Assembly: GCA_964486725.1 (NCBI GenBank)
Contig: CAZAOK010000001.1
Location: 49,213-113,212, forward strand
Origin: an uncultured Leptospiraceae bacterium
GTDB taxonomy: Bacteria > Spirochaetota > UBA4802 > UB4802
Reading direction: 5' to 3'
DNA: 64,000 nt
In this document: positions 50,049 to 60,400 of the stretch, in pieces
Numbering within the stretch: position 1 is the first letter of the stretch
Layout: every line of letters begins with the position of its first letter
Position numbers and translations under genes: made by a program
Notes under the pieces: generated by a model
What the model saw: the letters and a program-made list of their open reading frames with translations, nothing else
Told to the model about the DNA's origin: nothing
Databases searched by the model: none

Positions 50049-51374
50049 ATGAGATACGTAAAGATAAGGGCAAAAACTTATAACGAGGCAATGATGAATT
50101 TGAAGATGGAGCATGGTGATGATGCCATACCCATCAGTCACAAGAACGTGAAAGACGGGGGTTTGTTCAATACCAGTTTTTTCGCCCGGGATATTGTAGA
50201 GTTGACTGCAGCCATACCTGAACGGAAAAACGTGCCAAGAATAAAGCCCGCACAGAAAACGGGATTTGATATTACTGTTGGCGATAATGCGACGGCCGCA
50301 AGTCAGGCTGTACCCCGGAAGGATTTTCCTGGTGCACAGGCAGCAGCGCAGAGCAGCAGTGCTGAAATTTTGAATTCCGGTATAGCCAGAAAAGCTGCCC
50401 AGGTGACAGGCCAGGCTGAAAAAGAAAAATCTTCTCCTGCGGTACAAGGGGTTGATGGTGAGAAAGACAGGCAGTCATTTGAAAAACTGGAAAAAGAATT
50501 CCATGAGCTTAAAAGTATGCTGAATACTCTGCTTGATCAAAAAGAAACGAAAAGCCATTCACAGGAAAAGCAGGACGACGAAAATGACGCGGTTATGCAG
50601 CATTTTCGGGAAATGCTTAAGAATAATGATTTCAATGATGATGAATGCAAGGAGATGCTTGGAAAAGTTAAACGTTCTGTAAGCAGCGAAGACATGAAGG
50701 ACAAGTATAAAATTGAAAAAAGCCTGCGTGATCTGCTTAAAAGCAAGATCGTGGTGAGCGGTCCCATCGAAAAGGGGAAGAAGAAAAAAGTACTGATGTT
50801 CATAGGGCCAACGGGAGTTGGCAAGACAACAACCATGGCCAAGCTTGGAGCAATATACGCGTTGCGTGAAGGGGTAAAAGTTTCTTTTATAACCATAGAT
50901 AATTACCGGATAGCAGCAACGGAACAGTTGAAAAAGTACGCTGAAATAATGAAAATTCCAATTCACGTGGTGATCGATCATAATTCTTTTAAAGAAGTGC
51001 TGGAAAACGAATCAGCAGATATTATAATGGTAGATACCTCTGGAAGAAGTCACAGAAGCGAATTGAAAATATCCGAGATCAAGGCTTTCGCTGATGCGTC
51101 AGGACACGAAATACAGAAAGTGCTTTGTGTGAGCGCCAATACCAAGAAGGTTGACCTGATGGATGTATTTCGTTCTTATGAAAAAATTAATATTGACAGT
51201 GTTATAATCACAAAAGTTGATGAAACAACTTACATTGGGAATGTAATAGATGTTGCCGATAAGTATAATAAGCCTATAGCATATTATACGAATGGGCAGG
51301 AAGTTCCCAATGATATATCGGTAGCCAACAGCGATTCCATTGTTGATATGGTTATTGGAAAAACTGCTTCATGA
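50049..51374 (+). CDS. flhF: Flagellar biosynthesis GTPase FlhF (SRP-type)
   Basis: G-domain motifs FIGPTGVGKTTTMAKLG, DTSGRS and TKVDET. Confidence 0.9.
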   Translation: MRYVKIRAKTYNEAMMNLKMEHGDDAIPISHKNVKDGGLFNTSFFARDIVELTAAIPERKNVPRIKPAQKTGFDITVGDNATAASQAVPRKDFPGAQAAAQSSSAEILNSGIARKAAQVTGQAEKEKSSPAVQGVDGEKDRQSFEKLEKEFHELKSMLNTLLDQKETKSHSQEKQDDENDAVMQHFREMLKNNDFNDDECKEMLGKVKRSVSSEDMKDKYKIEKSLRDLLKSKIVVSGPIEKGKKKKVLMFIGPTGVGKTTTMAKLGAIYALREGVKVSFITIDNYRIAATEQLKKYAEIMKIPIHVVIDHNSFKEVLENESADIIMVDTSGRSHRSELKISEIKAFADASGHEIQKVLCVSANTKKVDLMDVFRSYEKINIDSVIITKVDETTYIGNVIDVADKYNKPIAYYTNGQEVPNDISVANSDSIVDMVIGKTAS

Positions 51375-51387
51375 GGGGAGGTGGAAT

Positions 51388-52257
51388 TTGGATCAGGCAG
51401 CTAATCTCCGCAAGCTGGTCATAGAAAACAGCAACACGGCCAGTAAAACGAAAACGATTGCCATTACCAGCGGGAAGGGTGGTGTCGGCAAGACGAGTTT
51501 TGCGGTAAGTTTTTCGATCGCGCTTTCACAGCGTGGAAAGTCGGTAACCCTTCTTGATGCAGACCTTGGTCTTGCAAATATCAATGTTGTGCTGGGTATA
51601 ATACCCAAGTATAACCTGTATCACGTTATAAAAGGTAAAAAAAAGCTTAAAGACATTATTATAGACGTACCGGAAGGCATAAAGATCATCGCCGGGGCCT
51701 CCGGTTTTCACCAGTTGGCAAATCTTGATATTAAACAGAGAGAAGAGTTCATTAAAGCGCTTTCTGAGCTGGGGTCTGATGATTTCATGGTGGTGGATAC
51801 CGGTGCAGGTATTTCTCAGAATGTGCTGAGTTTTCTCGTAGCATCAGACGAGGTAATAGTGATTACAACCCCGGAACCCACCGCGATTACAGACGCGTAT
51901 GGTACAATAAAAGCTATTGCTGCTAACGCGCCGGATAAAACTGTAAAACTTGTCGTCAACAGGGTGCAAAGTGTGTCCGAAGGAAAACGGGTTGCCCAGC
52001 GTGTCATCAATATTGCCGGGCAATTTCTGAATATTAAAGTAGAGAATCTCGGGTTTATATTTGAGGACATGTATGTGTCCAAATCTATACGTAATCAAAA
52101 GCCATTTATCGCAAGTTATCCCAAGTGCAGGGCATCCAGCTGCGTGGATATTATCGCTGACAGGCTGACCCATTCCGAGACAGAGGATATGAAAGGTAGC
52201 GGAATGATGAATTTTTTCAAGCGACTTTTCAGGCCTGAAGAGGAGGAAGGATTATAA
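51388..52257 (+). CDS. flhG: MinD/ParA-type ATPase FlhG (YlxH/FleN)
   Basis: Deviant Walker A ITSGKGGVGKTS. TTG 51388 is preceded by GGAGGTG (51377-51383); the ORF is open from ATG 51340. Confidence 0.88.
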   Translation: MDQAANLRKLVIENSNTASKTKTIAITSGKGGVGKTSFAVSFSIALSQRGKSVTLLDADLGLANINVVLGIIPKYNLYHVIKGKKKLKDIIIDVPEGIKIIAGASGFHQLANLDIKQREEFIKALSELGSDDFMVVDTGAGISQNVLSFLVASDEVIVITTPEPTAITDAYGTIKAIAANAPDKTVKLVVNRVQSVSEGKRVAQRVINIAGQFLNIKVENLGFIFEDMYVSKSIRNQKPFIASYPKCRASSCVDIIADRLTHSETEDMKGSGMMNFFKRLFRPEEEEGL

Positions 52258-52394
52258 GTATTTATTGGTATAATTGCGGGAAAATGAGCTATATTTCATT
52301 ATAAATGATGAAATTAGCCTTTATTAAGGTAAATACTGCTTGATTTATGATAACGATGTAGTATTCTTACTAATAAACAGTCCTGGAAGACAAC

Positions 52395-52982
52395 GTGGTC
52401 ATGATGATAAATTTTAAAAGCATTCCAGTTGAAGTTCGTTCGGCACTGATTATGGGGATGACGGCTCTGCTGGTGACATTTATCGTTAGCCTTCTCGCAG
52501 GGAACAGCCCCGTATTGATAGTAGGCCGTACATTCACTATGACATTCATATTTGCAGTAATTGGCCTGGCCGCCATGATTATACTGAAGCAGTTTGTTCC
52601 AGAGGTGTACAATATTTTCGCGGGAGGCATTAAAACAGATACGGTTCCGGAAGAACCTGAGGATGCCGTGCTTGATTCCGGGATGCCGGATCAGAAAACC
52701 GGTGAAAGCACCTCTGAGAAATACACAACAGGTGCAGAACAGAGCTCTTTCGCAGAAGGAGAGGAATCTGTCGAACCAGAAATGACACAACCGGGAAGTG
52801 ATGCCCATGATGAAGTCTTTACTCCTCTTGATAAGGATGATTATCCCAGGGCTGGCAGTGGTCAGGATACCAGGTCTGGCCAGATGGGGAAACATATAAT
52901 ACTTGATGATAAGAAAGTAAAGTATGAACCGAAGGTAATGGCCGAGGCTATACGAACTATTATGGGCAGAGATAAGGAATAA
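52395..52982 (+). CDS. Hypothetical membrane protein (two TM segments + acidic tail) between flhG and fliA
   Basis: Co-oriented with the operon. Has TM segments ALIMGMTALLVTFIVSLLAG and FIFAVIGLAAMIILKQF. The overlapping minus-strand ORF has an implausible C/H/F/R-rich composition. Confidence 0.55.
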   Translation: MVMMINFKSIPVEVRSALIMGMTALLVTFIVSLLAGNSPVLIVGRTFTMTFIFAVIGLAAMIILKQFVPEVYNIFAGGIKTDTVPEEPEDAVLDSGMPDQKTGESTSEKYTTGAEQSSFAEGEESVEPEMTQPGSDAHDEVFTPLDKDDYPRAGSGQDTRSGQMGKHIILDDKKVKYEPKVMAEAIRTIMGRDKE

Positions 52983-52999
52983 TATAAAAAAGGTTTTAT

Positions 53000-53800
53000 A
53001 TGAACAACAAAAAGTTCGAGGCATTCGATAAGATAGACGAAGAAGAACTCTGGAAAAAATTCGTCAAAACCCAGGAGCAGGATATCCGGGACTATTTTGT
53101 TATTAAATATGCTCCCCTGGTGAAGTATGTCGCGGGTAAAGTTTCAATGGGTATGCCCCAGAATATCGAATTTGATGACCTGGTGTCATACGGAGTGTTC
53201 GGCCTTATTGACGCGATAACTAAATTTGACCCCGACAGGGGCATTAAGTTCAAAACATATGCAATGACTCGAATACGGGGGGCTATTTTTGATGAGTTAC
53301 GGTCAATTGACTGGATTCCCCGGTCGATACGACAAAAGGCCAAGCAGATAGAACAGGTTATATCCGAGTTGGAGAATAAGCTTGGAAGAACCGTTGAAGA
53401 TGAAGAAATTGCCCGTGAACTGGGAGTTTCAAATGAAGAATTTCAATCGCTGTTGCATAAGTTAAGCGGCACAGCGATATTATCACTTAATGATATATGG
53501 TACATGGGGGATGACAAAGACGAGCTTTCGATCATGGAAACACTTGAGGCTCCTGGCAGCATGAATCCTGACGTTTTGATAGAAAAAGAAGAGATAAGGG
53601 ATTATATTGTAGAAGCTATAAAGAAACTGCCTGATAAGGAAAAAAAGGTGATTGTTCTCTACTATTATGAGGACCTGACACTGAAAGAGATAGGGGAAGT
53701 ACTTGAAGTGACTGAAAGCAGGGTATCGCAGCTGCATACGAAGGCAATCATGAGACTTAGAGGGCGTCTTGGAAGGATCAAATCAAATATTGTCGGTTAG
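53000..53800 (+). CDS. fliA: Flagellar sigma factor FliA (sigma-28)
   Basis: Region 2 YAPLVKYVA...[20 protein letters not shown] and region 4 [37 protein letters not shown]. Confidence 0.93.
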   Translation: MNNKKFEAFDKIDEEELWKKFVKTQEQDIRDYFVIKYAPLVKYVAGKVSMGMPQNIEFDDLVSYGVFGLIDAITKFDPDRGIKFKTYAMTRIRGAIFDELRSIDWIPRSIRQKAKQIEQVISELENKLGRTVEDEEIARELGVSNEEFQSLLHKLSGTAILSLNDIWYMGDDKDELSIMETLEAPGSMNPDVLIEKEEIRDYIVEAIKKLPDKEKKVIVLYYYEDLTLKEIGEVLEVTESRVSQLHTKAIMRLRGRLGRIKSNIVG

Positions 53801-53803
53801 TAA

Positions 53804-55783
53804 ATGAAGAATTTAAAAGACCTGCTTACAACTATTGAAGATGAAGAATCCACAGAAGACGAAGTTGAGGTGTATGCCGACTCAGTCCGTCAGGCACTGG
53901 AACTTGCTGCAGATGAACTACACCTTGATGTCTCCGAACTGGACTATGAAATAATTGAAAAAGGTACAAAGGGGCTGCTTGGAATGGGAAGGCAGCCTTA
54001 CAAGGTATTGATTAAGCCTGCAAGGATTCAGTATGATGAAGATGACATCAGTGAAATTGAGCAAAAACTAGGTAAAATTTCTGATGTTGATCTGGAACTT
54101 CGAAATGCCGATAAAGATAAGCATGGCAAATTTTCCCTACGGGTGACAAAAACCGGTGTTTGGCTTAAAGTTACCCCGCCAAAAGATGATGGTAGAAAGG
54201 TAGACGTTAATGATGTGACCACCGCGCTTTATTCCATGAGACTAAACAGTGCGGACATGGCAAAAGTGGAAAAAGAAGTTAAGAAAGCATCGGGTAAACC
54301 TGTCAAGATTGGTGAATGGGTTCCTAATCCTGAATTTGACAGCACCATGTCAGTAGAAGTTACCGAAGATGAGATGAAAGCGGTCGTTCATTTCAGCCCA
54401 CCCCGCTTCTCGGGCCGGCACATGGACATCGATGATGTATTGGAATCGCTGAAAACAAATGGTGTGGTAACCGGGATCAGGGAAGAGGAGATCGCCGGAT
54501 ACCTTGAGAACATGGATTACAGTCAGCCATTGATTGCGGCAGAAGGAGTTCGTCCACGACATGGGCGGGACGCGTATATTGATTACAAGGTACGTATAGA
54601 CAAGTCTGATGTTACCTTCGAGGAAGACGAAAAGGGGCAGGTGAACTTCAGGGATCTTGATCTTCTTGAGAATGTTGTTGTTGGCCAGGTGCTGGCAGTC
54701 AAGGTTCCTGCCGAAGAGGGTGTTCCCGGAAGAACGGTGACCAACCGGATCATCCCGGCACGTTCAGGTAAGGATACACAGATTAAACATGGTAAGGGAA
54801 CTATCCTGTCAGAAGATGGTACTGAGCTTACCGCCGAGATAAATGGACAGGTAGTCTATCAGAGTGGAAAAATTAGCGTAGAACCGGTATATTACGTGAA
54901 AGGGGATGTATCCCTTGAAACGGGAAATATTGTATTTCTCGGATCAGTTGTTGTTTCCGGCAGTGTGATGGATAATTTTACGGTGAAGGCTGCCGGTAAT
55001 ATTGAGGTGAAGGGTTCGGTTCAGAAAGCATTTCTTGAGGCCGAAGGGGATGTTATTATTCGCCAGGGAATCATGGGTCGTGAAGAAGCCAGAATCGAAT
55101 CAACCGGCGGATCCATATATGCCAAGTTTATACAGACGGCAAACGTGATTGCTGAGAAAGATATTATCGTGGCAGAAGGAATAATGCATTCACATGCTGA
55201 TGCTGGTGAAAGGATTCTTTGTCATGGTAGAAGGGCGCGTATCGTTGGCGGTGTGTTACGAGCAGGAGAAGAGGTTAACGCGAGATATATAGGTTCTGAT
55301 TCCTTCACCAGAACTGAGATTCGGGTTGGCATGAACCCAAAGGTTTTGCAGCAGCTTTCAGACCTGGAAGAGAGTAAATCATCTGTAAGCAAAGATTATG
55401 AAAAAGTGAAAAAGGATGTTACTACTCTTACTCATCAAAAAACAACCGCAGGAGGCAAGCTGCCCAAGGACAGGGAAGAAATGCTGAATAAGCTTATCGG
55501 GCAAAAGCAGAAAATGGAAATGCGTCTCAATGAGCTGAATCTTGAACTGGAAGAGCTGAAAGCATATCTCGGGATGCTTGAGCACAAGGGAAAAGTAAAT
55601 GCGGAAAAGACAGCATTTCCAGGAGTTGAAATATTTATAAAAGACAAAAGGTTTAATGTTAAGGATCCATATAATAATATTAAGTTTATGCTTGAAGCAG
55701 GTGAAATTCGATTATCAGAGTACGAAGCGCCTGACATGGAAGATATGCAGCAACACATAAGAACGGTGAGACGAAGACGTTAA
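53804..55783 (+). CDS. FapA/DUF342 family protein with Jag-N-like N-terminus
   Basis: N-terminus VEVYADSVRQALELAADELHLDVSELDYEIIEKGTKGLLGMG. DUF342-type beta-helix (GNIVFLGSVVVSGSVMDNFTVKAAGNIEVKGSV...) and a C-terminal coiled coil. Confidence 0.78.
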   Translation: MKNLKDLLTTIEDEESTEDEVEVYADSVRQALELAADELHLDVSELDYEIIEKGTKGLLGMGRQPYKVLIKPARIQYDEDDISEIEQKLGKISDVDLELRNADKDKHGKFSLRVTKTGVWLKVTPPKDDGRKVDVNDVTTALYSMRLNSADMAKVEKEVKKASGKPVKIGEWVPNPEFDSTMSVEVTEDEMKAVVHFSPPRFSGRHMDIDDVLESLKTNGVVTGIREEEIAGYLENMDYSQPLIAAEGVRPRHGRDAYIDYKVRIDKSDVTFEEDEKGQVNFRDLDLLENVVVGQVLAVKVPAEEGVPGRTVTNRIIPARSGKDTQIKHGKGTILSEDGTELTAEINGQVVYQSGKISVEPVYYVKGDVSLETGNIVFLGSVVVSGSVMDNFTVKAAGNIEVKGSVQKAFLEAEGDVIIRQGIMGREEARIESTGGSIYAKFIQTANVIAEKDIIVAEGIMHSHADAGERILCHGRRARIVGGVLRAGEEVNARYIGSDSFTRTEIRVGMNPKVLQQLSDLEESKSSVSKDYEKVKKDVTTLTHQKTTAGGKLPKDREEMLNKLIGQKQKMEMRLNELNLELEELKAYLGMLEHKGKVNAEKTAFPGVEIFIKDKRFNVKDPYNNIKFMLEAGEIRLSEYEAPDMEDMQQHIRTVRRRR

Positions 55784-55805
55784 AAAAATGTGACATGGTG
55801 ATGCT

Positions 55806-56132
55806 ATGTCTGTAAAACCTATTGACCTGCAAGTCCATATAGCGCAAGTAACAGAAGTTGCCCGTGGAGAGCAAGCGCGTCAATCCGCGTTGCTGGAGCA
55901 ACAGCATGTTCTTGAAAAAGAAGCAAAAGATAAAGCAAATCTACAAAAGGAACGTGTTGAAGAGAACAAGAGGTCTGAAAACGAACCAATAAGAGATAAT
56001 GAAAAAGAGTCAGGAAGAGGACAGAAAGGCCGGAAAAAACGAAAAAAAAGTGATGCTGGCAGCCATGATGGTGATACTCAAAAAGTACATACTGATGATA
56101 CCATTGGCAGGATTATTGATATTCGCAAATAA
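55806..56132 (+). CDS. Hypothetical K/E-rich protein, 108 aa
   Basis: Co-oriented ORF 22 nt after the fapA-like gene. No recognised family. Confidence 0.45.
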   Translation: MSVKPIDLQVHIAQVTEVARGEQARQSALLEQQHVLEKEAKDKANLQKERVEENKRSENEPIRDNEKESGRGQKGRKKRKKSDAGSHDGDTQKVHTDDTIGRIIDIRK

Positions 56133-56215
56133 ATGAACCACCATAATTATTGATTTCGCCGAACCGACTGTTTGATAAACCAGAAGGCTTAAAAAGTGGA
56201 GGGACTTGAAATACT

Positions 56216-57034
56216 ATGCAATTGTTCATCCTGATAGTAATAAATATAGCACTGGGGACTGTTTTTTACCTTGTAATCAGTTTGAAACTGGAAAAGAGCG
56301 CATCAGAATACAGGGAAAAGAAATTTCGCAGGGAAATGGACGAAGTTATCAGGGAATTTAATAATACAGCCGAAAGAAATATATCTCTTCTTGAGAATAA
56401 GATCAATGTAATGAAAAAGCTACTTCGGGAAAGCGGACAGATATCTTCTATCGACATTACTCTTGGTGATGAAAAAAATGACCGGACAGAAAATCCGGAT
56501 TTGTCAGCTGGCAATGAAGGAAGGATTGATGAACCTGATATTAAAATACATGATCATCAAAAATCTGCTGTTGATACACCAATGATGGTAAAAAAGGGGA
56601 AATCTGTTAATGATGTATTGCATGAGACATGGTATAGGGTAAAAAATATTCTGGTAGACTTAAAAGAGAAATTTCCCAAAAATGCCCCAAACAGAAAAGA
56701 CAGAAAAGAATTAAATAAAAAAAACAGTGTCAGTGAAACCGGGACATTGCAGAAAGGAAACTCGCTTGATATAACTATTGAGAAGGATTTCACTTCTTTA
56801 AATCTTTCAACTGCTGTTGATACAGAGATCAACGAGGAACTGGAAACAGTGAAAGAAGATATGGCACCGGTTCATGATGAAAATCTGGAAGAAATGTTCA
56901 GCGGTGCAGAAGATAAGTACGGACTGGTGGCTGACCTGTATAAACAGGGATACCCCCTTGATATTCTTGCAAGATCATCTGGAATCCCGCTTGGTGAATT
57001 GAAGTTGATCTTAAACCTTTCATCTTCACTGTAA
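56216..57034 (+). CDS. Hypothetical membrane-anchored protein with C-terminal HTH-like tail
   Basis: GGAGGG upstream. N-terminal TM LFILIVINIALGTVFYLVISL, a coiled coil, and C-terminus DLYKQGYPLDILARSSGIPLGELKLILNL. Confidence 0.5.
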   Translation: MQLFILIVINIALGTVFYLVISLKLEKSASEYREKKFRREMDEVIREFNNTAERNISLLENKINVMKKLLRESGQISSIDITLGDEKNDRTENPDLSAGNEGRIDEPDIKIHDHQKSAVDTPMMVKKGKSVNDVLHETWYRVKNILVDLKEKFPKNAPNRKDRKELNKKNSVSETGTLQKGNSLDITIEKDFTSLNLSTAVDTEINEELETVKEDMAPVHDENLEEMFSGAEDKYGLVADLYKQGYPLDILARSSGIPLGELKLILNLSSSL

Positions 57035-57086
57035 TGGTTGCGGATGTGTAATTCATTTGGCCCGTTAATACCTGGAGTAAGAATAA

Positions 57087-57935
57087 ATGATTGATTTTAA
57101 CAGTATCAAAAGATTAACAGAAGATGAATTTAGAAATTTTGCCAGGCTTATATATGAAGAAAGCGGGATATTTCTTAAGGACGCGAAGATAACTCTGCTG
57201 TCAAACAGGCTGCGGAAAAGACTTAAGGCGTTGAACCTTGATGAATTTTCCCAGTATTACGATTATATAACCTCGTTGAAAGACAAAACAAAAGAACTTG
57301 AAGCATTGTTAGATGTTGTGTCTACAAATGAAACATATTTTTTCAGAAATGAAAGGCAGTTCGAAGCACTGTCAAAATATTGCTTTCCCGATATTGTGAA
57401 GAAAAAACAAAAAAAAAGATTGCGGATATGGAGTGCCGGGTGTTCAACAGGTGAAGAACCATATACCATAGCAATATGTGTCCGTGAAAACATGCACCTT
57501 TTCCCGGACTGGGATATACAAATAGTGGCAACTGATATTGCACCATCGGTTCTTGAATTCGCCAGGGACGGTCATTATTCAGGTAGAAGGATAGAAAAAG
57601 TATCAACTCCACTATTAAAAAAGTATTTTACCCAGAACAGGGATAACCCTGAAGTGTATACAGTAAATGAAAATCTGAAAAATCTCGTTTCATTTTCTTA
57701 TCTCAACCTGTTTAAAAGTAAATTTCCAGATGATCTTGACATTATTTTTTGCAGAAATGTGATGATATATTTTGACAGACCGCATCAGAAGGAACTTGTT
57801 GGGAATTTTTACCAGGTATTGAATCCCGATGGGTACCTTTTCATAGGGCATTCTGAAACACTACATTCGCTTTCTGAAGATTTCAGCTACATGAAAATTC
57901 TTGATTCGCCGGTCTACATTCCAAAGGAGAAGTAG
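57087..57935 (+). CDS. cheR: Chemotaxis protein methyltransferase CheR
   Basis: ETYFFRN, LRIWSAGCSTGEEPYTIAI and IFCRNVMIYFD. Confidence 0.93.
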   Translation: MIDFNSIKRLTEDEFRNFARLIYEESGIFLKDAKITLLSNRLRKRLKALNLDEFSQYYDYITSLKDKTKELEALLDVVSTNETYFFRNERQFEALSKYCFPDIVKKKQKKRLRIWSAGCSTGEEPYTIAICVRENMHLFPDWDIQIVATDIAPSVLEFARDGHYSGRRIEKVSTPLLKKYFTQNRDNPEVYTVNENLKNLVSFSYLNLFKSKFPDDLDIIFCRNVMIYFDRPHQKELVGNFYQVLNPDGYLFIGHSETLHSLSEDFSYMKILDSPVYIPKEK

Positions 57936-57936
57936 T

Positions 57937-58416
57937 ATGGATTTTAAGCTGATAACGGTTGCTATTGCTGATTACAAGGTTGCGAAAAAACCGGATATAC
58001 TGAGAACTATTCTTGGCTCATGTATTGGCATATGTATATTTGACCAGAAAAATGGAGTTGGTGGTCTGGCACATATTATGCTTCCGAATCAAACTGCGGA
58101 GGCTGTAAATCTGAAGAAATATGCTGAAACGGCAATTCCCATGATGATTGATGATATGGTATCAGAAGGGGCAGAGAAGAAGGAACTCAAGGCGAAGATT
58201 GTGGGTGGTGCCACCATGTTTAAAATGGCCAGTGATTCTTTTATCGGATCAATAGGATTGAATAATACAAAAAGAGTGCGGGAAGTGTTGGAAGAAAACG
58301 GGATTCAGATTATCACTGAAGATGTAGGTGGTGATTACGGCAGAACAGTAGATTTTTATATTGAAAGCGGGCAGGTGCGAATTAAATCTCTCGGAAGAGA
58401 AGAGAAATCTATTTAG
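57937..58416 (+). CDS. cheD: Chemoreceptor glutamine deamidase CheD
   Basis: AAGGAGA upstream of ATG 57937. ILGSCIGICIFDQKNGVGGLAHIMLP. Confidence 0.9.
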   Translation: MDFKLITVAIADYKVAKKPDILRTILGSCIGICIFDQKNGVGGLAHIMLPNQTAEAVNLKKYAETAIPMMIDDMVSEGAEKKELKAKIVGGATMFKMASDSFIGSIGLNNTKRVREVLEENGIQIITEDVGGDYGRTVDFYIESGQVRIKSLGREEKSI

Positions 58417-58431
58417 GACTGGTAATTATTG

Positions 58432-59298
58432 ATGCTGAGTATGACTGGATTCGGATCTGTCGAAAAAAACACAGATCAGTTTACATTTTCTATAGAATTG
58501 AAATCATTAAATTCAAAATTTCTTGAGATATATACAAACCTGCCAAGAATATTAAGAAATGATGAGATAAAACTAACACAAACATTAAAGGACAATTTTG
58601 GTAGAGGTAAGCTTGAACTATCCATTGAAATTTATGAATGGAATGAAGCCCGGCCAATACACATTGATGGTGAAATGTTGAAGAGATATTACAGTGAGAT
58701 AACATCAGCCGCGTCTACCATGAAAATTTTTGCTGATGTTTCTCTCGACACGATAATCACCCTTGAAGGGGTAATTCAGCGTGAACGATCAATATTATCT
58801 GAAAAATCGAGAAATGATATTTATGAGTCACTTGAAAAAGTTATCCAAAAAACTATTGAAATGCGAGTAAAAGAAGGAAAGGCTGTTAAAAAGGACATTC
58901 AGCACTCGCTGGTTGTCATATCTGATAATGTGAAGAAGATTTCTAAAATGGCAGGAGATATCGCGAAAAATCAATATGCTCGTCTTCAGTCAACATTAGA
59001 ATCACTGACAAACGCAAGGGTTGATGAATCGAGGCTGTATACTGAAGCAGCTATACTTGCTGATAAGCAGGATATAAATGAAGAGATCTCAAGATTGCAG
59101 GACCATATAAAAAAGTTTAAAAACCTGATGGCTGAGTCCGGCCAGGTAGGTAAGCAGCTTGATTTTCTGGCGCAGGAGATGTTTCGGGAAATTAACACGA
59201 TTGGCGCAAAATCAAACAATTCACAAATATCACACCTTGTGGTGGAAATGAAAAACTATATAGATAAGATTAGAGAACAATGCAGAAATGTGGTATAG
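58432..59298 (+). CDS. yicC: YicC family stress-induced protein
   Basis: MLSMTGFG N-terminus and C-terminal GKQLDFLAQEMFREINTIGAKSN. Confidence 0.9.
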   Translation: MLSMTGFGSVEKNTDQFTFSIELKSLNSKFLEIYTNLPRILRNDEIKLTQTLKDNFGRGKLELSIEIYEWNEARPIHIDGEMLKRYYSEITSAASTMKIFADVSLDTIITLEGVIQRERSILSEKSRNDIYESLEKVIQKTIEMRVKEGKAVKKDIQHSLVVISDNVKKISKMAGDIAKNQYARLQSTLESLTNARVDESRLYTEAAILADKQDINEEISRLQDHIKKFKNLMAESGQVGKQLDFLAQEMFREINTIGAKSNNSQISHLVVEMKNYIDKIREQCRNVV

Positions 59299-59301
59299 TA
59301 T

Positions 59302-59550
59302 ATGAAAACGTCTTTAATTAATATTGGCTTTGGTAACGCGGTGGTTGCAGAACGTGTTATAGCGGTTATTACCCCCATGTCAGCTTCAGGGAAACGGTTA
59401 AGAGAAGAAGCAAAAGATAATAACATGTTGATTGATGCTACCCATGGAAGAAAAACCCGGGCTATAATTATCATGGACAGCAATCATGTAATACTTTCGG
59501 CAATGCAGCCTGAAACACTTTCGCACAGACTTACCAGTAATGAAAGCTGA
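59302..59550 (+). CDS. remA: DUF370 / RemA family protein
   Basis: [21 protein letters not shown]...[30 protein letters not shown]. Confidence 0.9.
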   Translation: MKTSLINIGFGNAVVAERVIAVITPMSASGKRLREEAKDNNMLIDATHGRKTRAIIIMDSNHVILSAMQPETLSHRLTSNES

Positions 59551-60169
59551 TACTGTTTCAATAGTGATCTCTGCGCCGTCGGGAACCGGCAAGACAACTC
59601 TTATTTACAAGTTGCTGGACAGGCTTGAAGATCTTTCATTCGTAACTTCCACCACTACCCGGGAGAAACGAACAAATGAGGAAGAAGGAAAAAACTATTA
59701 TTACGTTTCGAAAAGAAAATTTCAAAAGATGATCCTTGATGGAGAATTTTTGGAATGGGCGATTGTTCACGGTAACAGTTATGGAACAACAAAAAAAGAA
59801 GTTGACAGAATTCGTGATGCCGGGAGAATTCCAGTTTTTGATGTAGATGTGCAGGGTGCGCGAAATTTGAAATCGATCATGGGTGGGGCAACATTTATTT
59901 TTATTATTCCACCAACTTTTGAAGCCTTAAAAAAACGATTAAAAAATAGAGCTACAGATTCTGAACAACAAATTGCTACCAGGCTTGATAATGCTATATC
60001 TGAACTGAAAGAATATACAATGTATGATTATATTGTTGTAAATGATGAAATTGATTCTGCGTTATCTGATTTAGAGTCAATTATTCGTTCTCAGATGTTG
60101 AGAAAAAATTTTATGGAAGAAAAAGTAAGACTTATATTGGAGAATAACAATGATCATCCCACTGGATAA
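59540..60169 (+). CDS. gmk: Guanylate kinase
   Basis: P-loop [30 protein letters not shown] and [12 protein letters not shown]. Confidence 0.95.
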   Translation: MKADTVSIVISAPSGTGKTTLIYKLLDRLEDLSFVTSTTTREKRTNEEEGKNYYYVSKRKFQKMILDGEFLEWAIVHGNSYGTTKKEVDRIRDAGRIPVFDVDVQGARNLKSIMGGATFIFIIPPTFEALKKRLKNRATDSEQQIATRLDNAISELKEYTMYDYIVVNDEIDSALSDLESIIRSQMLRKNFMEEKVRLILENNNDHPTG

Positions 60170-60389
60170 ATTGATCGCATATGAAAAAAATCGTTACAAG
60201 TTAACCTGCGCCTCAATGAAGGCAGTCGATAAATTGGGTAATATCAGGGATTATCCAGAATCAGAAGAGGATAAGAACTGGAAGATTGTTTCAAATATTC
60301 TCGACCTGGTATTGAATGGCAAGATTCAATACCATGAGCCTGAAGAAGAATATATAGAAGAACCAAAAGAAGAACCTGAAAAAGAATGA
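60150..60389 (+). CDS. rpoZ: DNA-directed RNA polymerase subunit omega
   Basis: 79 aa, NRYKLTCASMKAVDKL, in the conserved position after gmk. Confidence 0.85.
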   Translation: MIIPLDKLIAYEKNRYKLTCASMKAVDKLGNIRDYPESEEDKNWKIVSNILDLVLNGKIQYHEPEEEYIEEPKEEPEKE

Positions 60390-60400
60390 GGTAGCCAGGT

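Noticed and set aside
57409-57417. A9 homopolymer inside cheR (encoding KKKQKK) as a possible phase-variation tract. A similar A8 lies at about 56045.
   Set aside because: The tract encodes a natural lysine run in an AT-rich genome. Nine A is short for efficient slippage, and a single sequence gives no evidence of length variation.
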